The position numbers and the translations under genes are program-made. Below the pieces are notes generated by a model. That model saw nothing but the letters and a program-made list of their open reading frames with translations, had not been told where the DNA came from and searched no databases. A stretch of 64,000 bases of DNA from assembly GCA_002245135.1 (NCBI GenBank), contig NGBS01000878.1:62001-126000 (forward strand), in the 5' to 3' direction. This document shows positions 1 to 13,316 of the stretch, one piece after another. This DNA is from Proteromonas lacertae. Lineage: Eukaryota. How positions within the stretch are numbered: the first letter of the stretch is position 1; the number at the start of each line of letters is the position of its first letter.

Positions 1-3000
1 TTGATAAAGAAGGTTATAATGAGAATGATTTAGTGAGTGGAATTATTTCAACTGTAGAAAGAGGAAGTGGAGAAATACTGGTTGAAAGTTGTAAAATATA
101 CAGTCGAATTGATGATGTAATAATAAGTGGAAAAAGTAAAATATTGGAAGGTAAAATACTCTTCGAATTACAATTACCTGAGAAGATAAAAGAAGAGAAA
201 AACATTTCATTAACAGTGAAGATCTGGTATAATGGTATGATAGGAAGTTCATCTAAAACAATTCCAATTGTGAATGATGAAAATGAATTAGATATAAAAG
301 TATATGTAGAAAGTAGTTTCTATTTAATCAGTAATGTTCATAATGTGATATATTATGAATGTTTATTAAAGAATGGAAATCCAGGTGATTTTGAAGGTGA
401 AATAATAGATAAGACGAATAACAAACGAATAATGCCAATCAAAACATTTCATGAAGGTCGAGGTAAATCAATTCCATTTATTCCTCAAAGTGGTATAGAA
501 TATGCTTTACATGTAATTCATCCAAAATGTAAAAATAACATGATAGATTTGCCAGAGTATAAATATATTATATTATGATATATAGAGTAACAGAAGGAGC
601 AATAATTCATTCAAATCATAATAGTTATAACATTAATTCAATCGAAATAGAAGTAGAAAGAAGTAAAATAAAGGAATAAATACTTCATTGGATTATATTT
701 AAAAGAGATTGAGATGGATTATCGAAAAGTAATATTCGATAAACGAATAGGAAAGATAAGATTCTGTCTGAATGAAAATGAAGTAAATTTGGGAGGAGTA
801 TTTCGAGTGACATTATATACTGAAGATGAAATCCCAATAGCTGAAAGATTGATATATGTAAATCCAAGTCATTCGATAAATATTGATATAAAAGAAGATA
901 AAAACAATTACAAACCTGGAGAAACAGTAGAATTAACAATTAATACATATAATGAGAATAGTTTACCAATTGATTGCAGTATATAATATATATTATTTAT
1001 AATATAATATTGATATTATTTATAGATGTAAGTGTATTAGTAGTTGATGAAGGAATATTGAATTTAGAAGAAAAGAGATTACAAAATCCATCTCTCCCAT
1101 TAATGATTTATGTGGAAAATGAAGTAGATCATATAGAAGACTGTGATAGTTATTTGAGTAAAGAATTGGAAGGCAATGAAGAAATAGATTTATTGTTAGG
1201 AACTCAAGGTTGGCGAAGATTTATCTATAAGAATGTATTTGGAATCTATGATAATGAGAATGAAAGTATATATTTAATAATCAATATTAATGTTTAATAG
1301 AAGAAATTGAAAAATATAAAAGAATAATTGGAAGATTTCGAATAAAAATGTGTAAGAAAAAGGGTTGCAAAAGGGTTGTAAAGCCAAGATTTTTAGAGTA
1401 AAACCTCCTGATGTTTATAATTTTTCCAAACCAAATGTAGATCAAAATTTACAATCAAAGAATATCATAGTAGAAAGAGAATATGCTTATGATAAAAAAG
1501 AAATAAAAATAAGAAATGATTTTAGAAGTACTTTATTTTGTGAGAATAGTATAAAATGTAATAAAGTCATAAGAATAAAATTCCAATTAAGTGATTCAAT
1601 TAGTAGTTATCGAGTTAGAGTAGAAGGATTTAAATTAAATGATTCAATATATGGAAGTAAAGATATAATAATTTATACTAATTTACCTTTTTATTTAAAT
1701 TGTATTCCTCCTGTTTATGTTTGTGATAAAGATGAAATTCATTTACCAGTAGTTGTAAATTTAAATCCTGATTTATGTAAATCTAAAATAATAAGATTAG
1801 TATTAGAAAGTGATGATGGTTTAAAATGTGAAAATTATGAATATGAATGGTATGAAAAGAAAACAAGTCATAAAGAAGTATTTAGAATAAAAGCTGAATA
1901 TTTGAAAGGAAAGAAATCTGTAAATAATGATGAAATGAAATTAGAGAATGAAAATGATGATATTTGTGAATCAAGAATAAAGATATTAGCTTATAATGAT
2001 GACTACTATGATTATATAGAATATCCAATCAAAGTCTATCCTCGAGGTTATTATTATAATATATCCAAAAATATAATAATAAAAGATACTACAAATGAGA
2101 TTAAAATGAACTTACCTGGATATATTAATGAAAATACTATCAATTTTAATTTGAAAATCGAAGAAAAACTGGTGGAAAAAATATTAAACTCAGTTCATTC
2201 CTTAATTAGAAAACCATATGGATGTTTTGAACAAACGTCAAGTGTAACATATCCAATGATTTTGGGTATAAAATATATGAAAAGCAAAAGTGGATATAAG
2301 AATAAAATGAAAGAAAATGGTGATAAATTTATAGAAGAAGGATATAAAAGATTGATAAGTTATCAAACAGAAGAAGGTGGATTTGAATGGTTTGGTAGAT
2401 AGTCCAGCTTGTGAAACATTAACAGCTTATGGTTTAATGGAACTTGAAGAAATGAAAGATATATATGATGGTGTAAATGAAGAAATGGAGAATAAAGCAA
2501 TGGAATGGTTAATGAGTCGATTAGATGAATCAAGTGGTTATTTCAATTTAGATTCTAAACAATTAGATAATTTTGGTCGAGCAGGAAAAGAATGTTCAAG
2601 TGCTTATATCTATTGGTGTTTAACCTCTTTTACTGTAGATGAGAAAATCAAAACTTCATTTGATATTTTCTATGAGAGAGTAAAAGATAGTGATGATCCT
2701 TATATTCTTAGTTTATTAGGTTTGAGTTGTTTAAATTTGAAAGAAAATATGAAAGCAAATGAAATAATTAAGAAATTACTTTTAATGCAAAAAGAAGATG
2801 GATTTATATACTATCCAAAAGACTCAATAACTCATTCGAGAGAAAAAGCTTTAAAAATTGAAACAACTTCATTATGCTTATTGTTGTGGATAAAAGCGAA
2901 AAGAAACACATGTGAAATCAATAATGCTATAAATAAGAGTTTATATTCAATTCAAGAGTGTTGTTGTGATGGATATTATGGTTCAACTCAAGGAACAATA

Positions 3001-3675
3001 TTGAGTTTGAAAGTGTTATTAGAATATGATAATATGATTAAAGAAAGTGGGAAATTTATTTGTAATAATGAGATGAAAATTGAATTGAATGATAAAAATA
3101 TAATGAATATTGATTTGAAAGAAGTGAAAAACAATTCCAAAATAGAAATAGAAAAAGAATGTTTAAAATCGTTATTAATGGGAGATGAAAATATACTAAA
3201 TGTGAAATTAAAAGATGAATTAGAAAATCCAATGAAATTATCATATACTCTAAATTTCTACTCAAAAGAAAAACCATTGATAAATGATAGTTGTAATTTA
3301 AAAATGAAATTAAAAATGAATGAAACAAAGTTGAAAGAAGGTGATTTATTAGATGTTGATATAAAAGTAAGAAATATAAGTGATAAATGTTTAGGAATGG
3401 TATTATGTAAGATAGGAATAGCTGGTGGATGTGAAGTAAGATATCATAAATTGAGAGAATTACGAAAAGAAGAAAAGATTAGTTTCTTTGAATTAATTGA
3501 TAATTATTTAGTATTATATTGGAAATGCTTTGAAGAAAATGAAGAGAAGAATGTGCGAATCGAATGTGGATGTAAAATTAGTGGTAATTATGAGATGGAA
3601 CACAGTGAAGTGTATGAATACTATAATGATAGTTCAAAATACTATGTTGATAATTGTTATATAAAAATCGAGTAA
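1..3675 (+). CDS. Alpha-2-macroglobulin/thioester-containing protein, 5'-partial, spliced, with 3 frame breaks
   Basis: Thioester motif PYGCFEQ (about 2214-2234), LLLGTQGWRRF, GGFEWFG..PACETLTAYGL and a C-terminal receptor-binding-like domain. GT-AG introns at 557-585, 979-1025 and 1266-1300. Frame breaks near 672, 1370 and 2397. Confidence 0.85.
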
Positions 3676-3867
3676 ATAGAGATGATGATGAATATTTGAA
3701 TGAAAATATTATTATTATTATGAATTATAGTTGATATTTTAATGTTTTTCAAATTTGGGTTTATGAAAAATAATTTGAAAAACCGAGATGATTTGATTGG
3801 CTAAAATATTGGCTTGATTGATACAAATATTGAGCTTGTTCTTCTGCTTGAATGTCTAGTCAAATAA

Positions 3868-5859
3868 ATGTATTCTAGCAGTGAAGACGAGTATATTGTT
3901 ATGTAATATTACACTAGAAATGAAAATGATGTAAATTCAAATAGAGACATATGTTTTGTATAACCAAAAGAGTATATTTCTAATCTAGATATGTAATACC
4001 AATGACACAAATATATCATGTGAAATATGTGGAAGAAAATATCATAGAAAATGTGTAAATTTTGATAGTATATATATATATTTTCACTCTTTTCATAGGT
4101 AATAAGGTTTTCTACTGTTGTATGTGTTCATATGATTCATGCTTCAAATGTAAAAAAGGTGGAGGTGAATTATTTTGTGAAAAATGTCATCGTTATTATC
4201 ATGTCGAGTGTGTTGAAATAGTCCCCTCAATATTTGAAAGTGAGTGGTGTCCTGAATGTAATAATGGAAATATATTCGAAAGTATTATTAGTTGGAGACC
4301 TTATGACTGTAAATACAAAAATTACACTCATTTCCACAAACTAAAAAAGCAATTAATAAATGTATATAATAATATATAATAATAATAATAAATAAATAGA
4401 AATCAATATTAAAATCCAATATTTGTTATAAATGTTCACTTAATCTTCCCGAAATGCCAATAATAGTATGTAAAGGATGTAATAAGCGTGTTCATGAAAG
4501 TTGTGAAAGTATAAATGATACAGAAAACTGGTATTGTGATGAATGTAATGCCAATAATAGCTTAATTGAGTTAATTAATTGGAAAGTAGGTAGAATATGT
4601 CACTATTGTCGAAGAATGGATATAAATAGTTTAAAATGTAGTAATAAAGATTGCGGATTATATTATTGTGAAAAATGTTTGAAAAATGTATTTCCATTAA
4701 CAAATGATTATAAAAGTGATATAATCAATAATTGGAAATGTTTGAAGTGTCGAGATTTATGTTATTGTCATTTCTGTTTAAAAGATAGAATAAATAATTG
4801 TATATTATTATATATTTTTATATAACAAATAGTGTATGAAGATGAAATACCAAATGTAAAAAGTGAAAAATATAATGAAAAAGAATACTTAGTTGAAATG
4901 GAAGAATAAATCATATATAAAACTAAGTTGGTTAAAAGAATCTTATTTCAAGCAAAGCAAACAGCTGTTCGAAAGTTTAAAAGGTGTTTAAATTAAAATA
5001 TGTAAAGAATAATTTAATTCCAAGTGATGAATTGTATAATAATTATAAAGAAATTGAAAAAATAATTATCAATAATAAGGAAGATAATGAAGATAATCCG
5101 TTAAATAAAGAATATATAATAAAGTGGAAAGAATTAAACTATAATGAAATCAGTAGTGGAATATTTTAATGACATAATTGAATCAATTCCTGAGATAAAT
5201 GAATATAATAATCGTGAAATAAATAGTTATAAAAATAATTATCGAATAATCAATAAACCAGTGGAAATATGTAGTGAATTGACAGAATATGAAAAGATTG
5301 ATGTATTTAAACTAATAAATATGTTTGAAGAAAATCGAAATATATCATTTTTTCTTTTTTTAAATAATAATTGTATATTATTTTCTTTAATATTAATTTT
5401 TTTACAGTGTAATTTGTTATGAACATGGATTAGGAATTAGAATACTATTAATATCATATATTCATATATTAATTAATAATAACCACTATCCAATACTAAT
5501 TATAACCCATAAAGAATCATTTTATAAATGGTTTGATGAGATGAAATATTGGTTAAATAGTAATAGTAATATAATAATATTAAATGATGATAACATCCAA
5601 AACTATCATAAATATGAACAAAATACTGATAATCAAAACTCAATAGTAATTATTCCACCGCAATTGTTAAAATATAATTTACAAATCACTCCCAAATCTG
5701 TAATAATTGACATTAGTAGTTTAATGATGTTGAATAAAAATGATATGTTGTTATATAATGTTATTAGAAATGAAATTAGTGATTATATAAAAAAGAAATG
5801 TCATTTGATTGTGTTTGATCAAATTTTTCCATTAGATAGTAATAATACTGTCAGTAGAG

Positions 5860-5891
<32 letters not shown>

Positions 5892-8259
5892 TTTATTCAT
5901 TGTTTTTAATAGTTTCTTCAATCAATTTGTTTCTGTGACAGAAATCTAAGTGTAGAAGAATATAATAATGGAATATTGAATAATCCAAGTTATTGTATAC
6001 AACGTAAATATGAGGATTTATATACTAATACTTATGAAACAAAGACATTATTTATAGAACCAACAGATTATCAACAGAATGTGATTAAATATTATTTAGA
6101 GAATAATTATGAAGTATTAGTAAGAAATAATGAAGTATAAATAAATATATATAATTTATTTATTGTATAAAATAGACAGAGTTGTTCAATTTCTTTAAGA
6201 TTTATTTAAATATCTGTTTTCATCCTTTTAATGTTTATGTTTCACCATTATTTGATTCTGATTTGACTTATTATTCAAACAAATTCGATTTTATTATTCA
6301 ACTATTAAGTCAAAATCAAATGAATGGTAAGAAAAAGAAAAGAATAGCAATTCTAACACGAAATGATTTAATATTGAAAATATTAACAGAAATTTCCAGT
6401 CATTTTCAACCAGTAGTTGTAATAAACCATTTAATAAATGGATATGATCGATATAAACTACTGCAAAAGAGTCAAAAAGATGATAATATTATATTAATAG
6501 TGGATAGTAGAATGAATATTATAGATTTAGGTTTATATTATTATGATTATGTGGTTGTGTTTGATAATGGCTTGTCATTAAACAAACATTTCATTTACAA
6601 ACCAAAAGATTTGATTGGTGAAGTTGGTTATAAAACGGTATAATTTTTTTTATTTTTATGTATATATGTTAGACTGAGATAATAATGTTAATTACTAATC
6701 ATACAATTGAAGAGAAATATTATAAATTAATAGATCCTTTATTATTGGGTAATAACATAAGAAGATTTCCATTTTCAGTTGTAAATTTAAACTCTATATC
6801 ATTTTTTATACAGTTTTTTATCAATTATGTAATTTTTCTTTAATTTTTATTTACTTGATATTTAATTCATTACCAAAGAATTTCTTTGATATGAATAAAG
6901 AGACTATCACTGATAAAACAGTATATGGTGCATTTTGGAGTAATATATTTCATGAAGTTCATATAACATGTATATTATTATAATCTTGATTATACAATAG
7001 TTAAACGGAAATTTAATGAAATAAAAGCCTCAGTTGATGATTATGAGAAAAAAAGAATGATGAAAAAAACTAAAAAGATATATAATGAAGAATCATCAAT
7101 AGATTCAAATGAATCAACTCAATCATCCTCATCATCCATAAGATATAGATTTAGGAGAAGATATAAAAGAAAGAAAGAAGTTATTGAAGAAGAAGAAGAA
7201 GAAGAATACAGTAAAGAAGATGCAATAGCAGAAGATGAAGAAAAAGAAGAGGAATATGATTTTGGAAGAAAAGAATTGGGAAGTATTCAACGTTATTTAT
7301 TGTGTTACGGTTTTCCGATAGGACCAATGGAGAATTGGCATATTGCAGAAAAAGTGTATGGGAAAAAAGTATTTGGTACTTCATTCACGCCTAATCAAAT
7401 CAATAAAATAATAAAAAGAGTAATTGATTATGTAATTAATAATACAACTGAGCCAACTTTTGTGACTGTATTTCAACCTAAAAATATATGTAGATTAAAG
7501 AATTTATATTATGTATATATCCAATTGTATTTATGTATTTATTTGAATAGTTTGGTTTATATTATGATAAATATGATTATTTAGATGAATTAAAACAGTA
7601 CGACTATTGGAATAAATTGATGGATATAAAGTTGATAAGTATAATGATGAATGAAAGTTTTGAAATAAATGAAGTGCTGATGTTTAAAAAACATAAAGAA
7701 ATTTTAATTCCATTTATACAAAATTTATACAATGAGTTATTAAAATGTGAATACAAAAGTAATTCCAATAATAATATCATAAATCAAATTGATAAAATAT
7801 ATGAATGTGAATCAAGAACATCCTTTACATCAATAAGTGCAAATGAAAATAAGTTAAAACAATATAATAGTCAGTTAAAACATACAATAATACATTATAT
7901 AAAATTGAGAGAAGAAGATATAATCAGATGTTGTTTGTATAAGAATAATATAAAATATGAATCAAAAGGAAGATTTGTGAAATGTGCAAATAACATAAAT
8001 ACAACCACTCAGAATATTAATTCATTATTGAATAAGTTGAATAAGTATAATAAGTTTGAGACTAAAAATAGTAATTATAAAAGCATATATAATGGTATAT
8101 TATGAATTATTATTATTATTATGAATTATAGATGTGATTCTTTGTAATGATTATATCAATCAGATAGAAAAAGAATTCTTTGAATTGATTAAAAGTAAAA
8201 AAGAAAATGATAAACAATCATTTGGCATTCTTCCTTTTGATATAGATATATTTAAATGA
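3868..8259 (+). CDS. CHD-like chromatin protein: PHD fingers, zf-4CXXC-like finger, two chromodomains, degenerate SNF2 ATPase
   Basis: Cys/His PHD patterns (3950-4560), CHYCRR...CEKC...CLKCRDLCYCHFC, EYLVKWKNKSY and EYIIKWKELNY chromodomains, and NRNSVICYEHGLG at the SNF2 motif I position. Many small introns, two AT-AC introns, and +1 breaks near 4895, 4985 and 5155. Confidence 0.7.
5342..5405 (+). other. AT-AC minor-class (U12-type) intron, 64 nt
   Basis: ATATCATTT...TTCTTTAAT...TTAC. Removing it joins ENRN to SVICYEHGLG, in frame with ORF 5541. The local GT-AG option (5373-5407) gives an immediate stop. Confidence 0.85.
6796..6854 (+). other. AT-AC minor-class intron, 59 nt
   Basis: ATATCATTT...TTCTTTAAT...TTAC. 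Removing it restores the frame (LNS|LIFNSLPK...FWSNIF). Read-through or GT-AG 6781-6813 hits TAA. Confidence 0.8.
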
Positions 8260-8338
8260 TTTTTTTTTTATTTTGTTTTTTCTGTTATGTTTGTTTTTTA
8301 TGTATTTTGGTTAAATAATAAAACAATTAATATAAATT

Positions 8339-10174
8339 TTATGCTATGAATTTATCTAATCTTGATGATAAACTGATAATAATTCTAGCTGAAGTGTTTT
8401 GAGAATGTAATACAGCATAAGGATATAATGGAGAAGGTAAATCTTTAACAAGTAAAACAGGAGATGAATCATTATGACTTATCCAAAATTCTCTTTTATT
8501 CATATCAACAATCACTTCATAAATTGAACCATCTCCATGATTTTTGAATCTTGGATTTGAATTAACAACTCTTCCAATATGACAGTATGAAGTAATATCT
8601 CTACTTTTACCAAAACATGCTTCATAATTACATGTTGTTAATTGCTTACAAATACCATAACCAGAATATGTATTATTTGTTGATAATCCTAACATGATAT
8701 AGTTAAAACTACTTCCATTTTGATTATGAAATTTATATTTGATATGATAAATTCCATTTACCATTTTACAATTTAAATAACAATGATGATAACCACAACA
8801 TGTATTTGTTATTATTTTATCATTATTTGATATATATATTTCATCACTTTTGTTTAATTCTGTAAATATTCCTTCTTCAAATTCTAACAATAAATGTAAT
8901 AATGTCAGATTTCAAATTCTATCTCTTTCTCTTCTTCATTCATTTCTTGATTTTATTTCCGTAATTTATCTAATATATTCATCCCACCGATTCTTTTCGT
9001 TAAAGAATAATCCTCATCATTATCTAAAAGTAAATATAATGATTTTATTGTTCTTACACGGTGGTTATCACTATATTCGCTACAAAGTTTTGGTATGAGA
9101 ATGGATTTTTTTTCTAAAATAATAATATTGGTTTTATGTTTTCCTTTATCTAACAGCATTATTATTCCAATTTCATTTACTTTTACTTCTTTAAAACTGA
9201 TTAGCAAATATACATTCTTATATAATTGATTTTGATTCAACGAATTCAGAATACTAACATCATCATCATCAATTTCTGTTTTACTTTCATCACAGTAATA
9301 CTTTACTACAATATCTTGTATATTTTCATTATCAATATCATATAAATCGATGTAGTTAACACACTTGTTTGCTTTAATATCAAAATTCAATTCTTTATAG
9401 ACTTTTTTATATTTTGATTCAATTTGTTTTTCATTTATTTTATCATAATGAAAATGATTTTCAACTAAGGATTTATATTCATATATAAAACTATTTGACT
9501 CATTTTTATTCTTTTTAATTGAATACCATTTTAATAATCTATTCAACAACCAAGTTTCACTACGAATAATCAAATTTGATGAGGAGAATAAATATTCCAT
9601 ATTATTCATTTCTAACATCATTAGCCATTCATCTATATAATCAATACATGATATTCATATATACCTTTGTATAAATATATATATCCTCTCTTTTCAAACT
9701 CATTTGTTACTAAATTTTCTAAATTAGATAATCCACAACGAAATATATTCATTATCTTCACCAAATTGATAATAATCTCATCATTATAGTGAATGATAAT
9801 AAAATCTTCGCATCTACCTTTAATAAACTCTTCATTATAACATAAACTCAAAGTTAGTATATCGCATACATTTTCTGTTGTAATTTCCATGTCTCCAGTA
9901 CTATAGTATTTTTCAAACTCCAAAAATCCTTTTATACTACAGCCTTCTGCTAATTCTAAAATTCCATTAAACTCTTTATCTTCTAATAATTTTCTGAATG
10001 TTTTATTTCCACTCATGAATATCATTTTCACTGACTTTATTTCTTCTTCGCCTGCTTTTACTGTAAAATCACCAAATCCTTCTTTCACTAATTTTCTTCC
10101 TAACCTATAAAATAAAAATATAACACCTAATATAAATACCCATATTGTAATATGTTATTATCTCTAACTCTCAT
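8339..10174 (-). CDS. BTB/POZ plus SPRY(B30.2)-like domain protein, frame disrupted at about 8890-8960
   Basis: BTB-like start GDFTVKAGEEEIKSVKMIF and SPRY-like end GSIYEVIVDMNKREFWISHN...LYPYAV. Introns at about 10105-10138 and 9633-9664. Confidence 0.65.
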
Positions 10175-10316
10175 AAATCACTGATTATTCTCAATTTTAC
10201 AGTATACTGTAAAATTAATAATATCTTTAGAAATTATTAATATCATAAGATAAAAAACCAACATAATAAACAATAATAATATCAAAAAATATAAGTATTA
10301 GTTATTAACTCAACTA

Positions 10317-11578
10317 TTAATCACTCTTCTCATCATAAGGAATCTTAAATACACTAATATTTAACGTCTCAGTCATATCCATAATTATATTATAACCATT
10401 AATCATCACAAATAATGTCACATAACTGAAAAATACATACAAATCAAAATCTAAACTCGTTCTCCAAGGCAATATATTTATATATCCTTTTCGTTGTAAA
10501 ATATTTAAAAAGATTATTGGAAATGGAATTAATACACTTTGGAATATCTTCAATTTACGATTCACAATTAAATGAACCATCAAATAATAGTTAAATCGAA
10601 AGAATATTAAACCAATCAATGACAAGAATAATCGAGGATGATGAATATATACTTCAGGTTCAATATAATCCCAGATTAAAGTTAAACAGATTAACATTCC
10701 ATGTGGAATTAAACCTTTCCAAATCTCAGATTTTCTTTTACCATAATCATGACAACTCTTAAAATCCCAATAGATCTGTAGTAAAGCTACACTACATATT
10801 ACTATTACAGCTGGAAATGCTACAACATCACCTACTTTCTTTGCGATTTCAAAACCAGTGAATGAGAGGATTATATATGTTAATGATAAAGCAGGAATAC
10901 CTTCAGAAACGAAATTAACTTTTGGTAAGTGTAAACCCCCTTGAATATAACTAGCATAAGTACCTTCAAAGAATAATAAAGTACAACCTAACCAATACTT
11001 TATCAACTACACTATCTGTTCCATATTGGCAAATAGCAGCTACATTGATAATAGTCAACTATTCATATATTATACTATGATACTTTATATATATACACAA
11101 CTAGTCAATGAATCACAACCATGATCAAAGAGTAATCCTAATGGAGATGAACTGCCTGTACGACGAGCTTGTTTACCATCCATATTATCCATAGTTGCAT
11201 ATATGAATAAAGTCACTCCTAACATGAAAAATACCCAATTTGGAATATATCCTTTCAAATCTGGAGTATAATACCATAAAATGCAATGAGGTATAACAAT
11301 AAAGAAGATGAAAGCAGTTAAGGTAATCTATAAGAAGTGTTACAAATATGTGAAATACGACGTTTGGTCTAAAAATTAGATAATATAAAAACAAAGATAC
11401 GCAAGCCATCTTGGGGTTAATGAAACGAGATATTCAGCAAGCGGAGACCAGCAATAATGGTATAAAATACTATCATCAGAACCTTTGTATTGAAAATGCT
11501 TGAGATTTTCTCTATCTTCCTTACTCAAATATGGAAATCGGATACTATAATATTATAAAAACAAAAATACAAATTCAT
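10317..11578 (-). CDS. Choline/ethanolamine phosphotransferase (CDP-alcohol phosphatidyltransferase)
   Basis: Spliced translation contains [26 protein letters not shown] and WLAPNVITL. 10-nt microexon at 11359-11368. One +1 break at about 11004-11007. Confidence 0.9.
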
Positions 11579-11627
11579 TTCAACTTCAAACCGTAATCAA
11601 GCTAGTGTTTTTTGTTTTTGTTAAATC

Positions 11628-12184
11628 ATGTCAAGTACATCGAGTATGGCTACAGATTCAGTAAAAGTATGATATTTTTGCATTTACTTCGAATAGGGAG
11701 TAGAGTTAGAGAGGAAATCATGTGGAATGAGAACTGTGTTGATTATGAAGACATTATGGAATCCAACTATTGTAGAAAGTCTTACAAAAGTATCTGAAAT
11801 AATTTTAGTATATTTTATTAGGCATGTATACAAGAATTACAACTTTGTGATTGTAAAGTAGTAGTAGAGAATTGTCCAGGTAGTTTTGAATTGCCACAAG
11901 CAGCTAATATTCTAATTCCTAAAATAAGACCTGCTGCTGTTATTTGTATAGGATGTGTAATAAAAGGAGCTACAGATCATTATGAAATTATTTCAAACAC
12001 ATGTTCAAAGGGTATTATGGATGTTAGTTTGAAACATAATATTCCAGTAGTCTACGGAGTGTTGAATTGTTTAAATGAAGAACAAGCAAAAGAAAGAGCT
12101 GGATTAATACCAGGAAGTTCAAATTTAGGTATATCCTATGCAAGAACTGCAGCTCAAATGATAAATTTAAGTCTAAATTATTAA
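11628..12184 (+). CDS. ribH: 6,7-dimethyl-8-ribityllumazine synthase
   Basis: Motifs W-N-x-x-I-V, PGSFELP, AVICIGCVIKGATDHYE and PVVYGVL...QAKERAG. Two small introns. Confidence 0.92.
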
Positions 12185-12279
12185 TTATCGTTTTTGGTGT
12201 TTTTATTTGTTTATATTACTTTTACAATATATTGCTTTAATAATAAATAATAACATATTTAAATTATTTATACACCAAA

Positions 12280-13234
12280 CTATGTATATCTCTTATCATT
12301 ATCTAATTCTTTCAATATATAATCCATAATAGCATCTCCTCTATTTCCTAAAGCAGCTTCTTTTATCTGTTCCCTCAATACATCATTCGCTACAAACGAA
12401 TCAGGGACAGGAAGATCAAATATATAATACTCACTTCCATGTTTGATTGTTCTTTGAGGATTTAATTTTTTTAATCCATTTAATATCCTTTCATTGGTAG
12501 GATGTACAACAGCACCAAATCTTTTAATACCATTCTGAATTGCCATCTATTTATTTAAACATAATAATATTTTTTATTTATACTAGCGATAATGCATATA
12601 ATAATGCACTTCCTAATCCACATCCTTGGTAACTGTCTAATACAGTTACAGTCCACTCAGCTAGCTCTGAATCGTCATATTCTCTAATATACCTCCCTAC
12701 TGCTATTCCATTATCAGTAGAGTGTGGATCTGGACTGGTCATTAATACACAAAATGCAAAATGATCAACATAATCTAAACGAGATAAATAATCTAATTGT
12801 TCTTGCGACAATGCTTTTATTGGATGCATGAAACGTAGAAACAATGAATTTGGTGATATTAAAGATAATGCTGATACTAATCTTGCTTGATCTGATGGAA
12901 TGACTGGTCTAATTAACACTTCTAAATCTGGTTTTATTTGATATCTATATGTAATAAGTACAAATAAAGTTATGTAGTGATACATTAAACTATGTTGCGA
13001 TATGAAAAGAGCTTCGTTCATTTTATTAATCTGCTTTCCTTTTGCTACTATCTTACCAATCATTTCACTTAATGCTAATTGATCTCCTGAATCTAACGCT
13101 TGTTGATACAATTCATCGAACAAAGGCTTTAAATCTTCTAATGTCAGTTCAATATCTGGTAGTTTCAATATTCTTCTTTCTATTGTATCAAAACTTTGCT
13201 GAGTCATTTTATCTTTTGTATACTTGGTTGACAT
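12280..13234 (-). CDS. GNAT-family acetyltransferase (Pat/acyl-CoA-synthetase-type GNAT domain)
   Basis: LIRPV..SD, SLFLRF, LDYVDHFA, VGRY and AEWTVTVLDSYQGCGLGSALL (acetyl-CoA motif A). Small introns. Confidence 0.8.
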
Positions 13235-13316
13235 TTTTAGATTTTTTAACTTTTTTGAATAAACAAAACTTGAGATAATCGAGCTTTTCTTCACACGAAG
13301 AGTTATACTCAATTCT

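Noticed and set aside
2391..4920. Euplotes-like +1 ribosomal frameshifting at stop codons (e.g. AGA-TAG at 2397-2402)
   Set aside because: At 4895 the shift must occur several codons before the stop to restore the chromodomain YLVKWK, so a stop-triggered mechanism does not explain the set.
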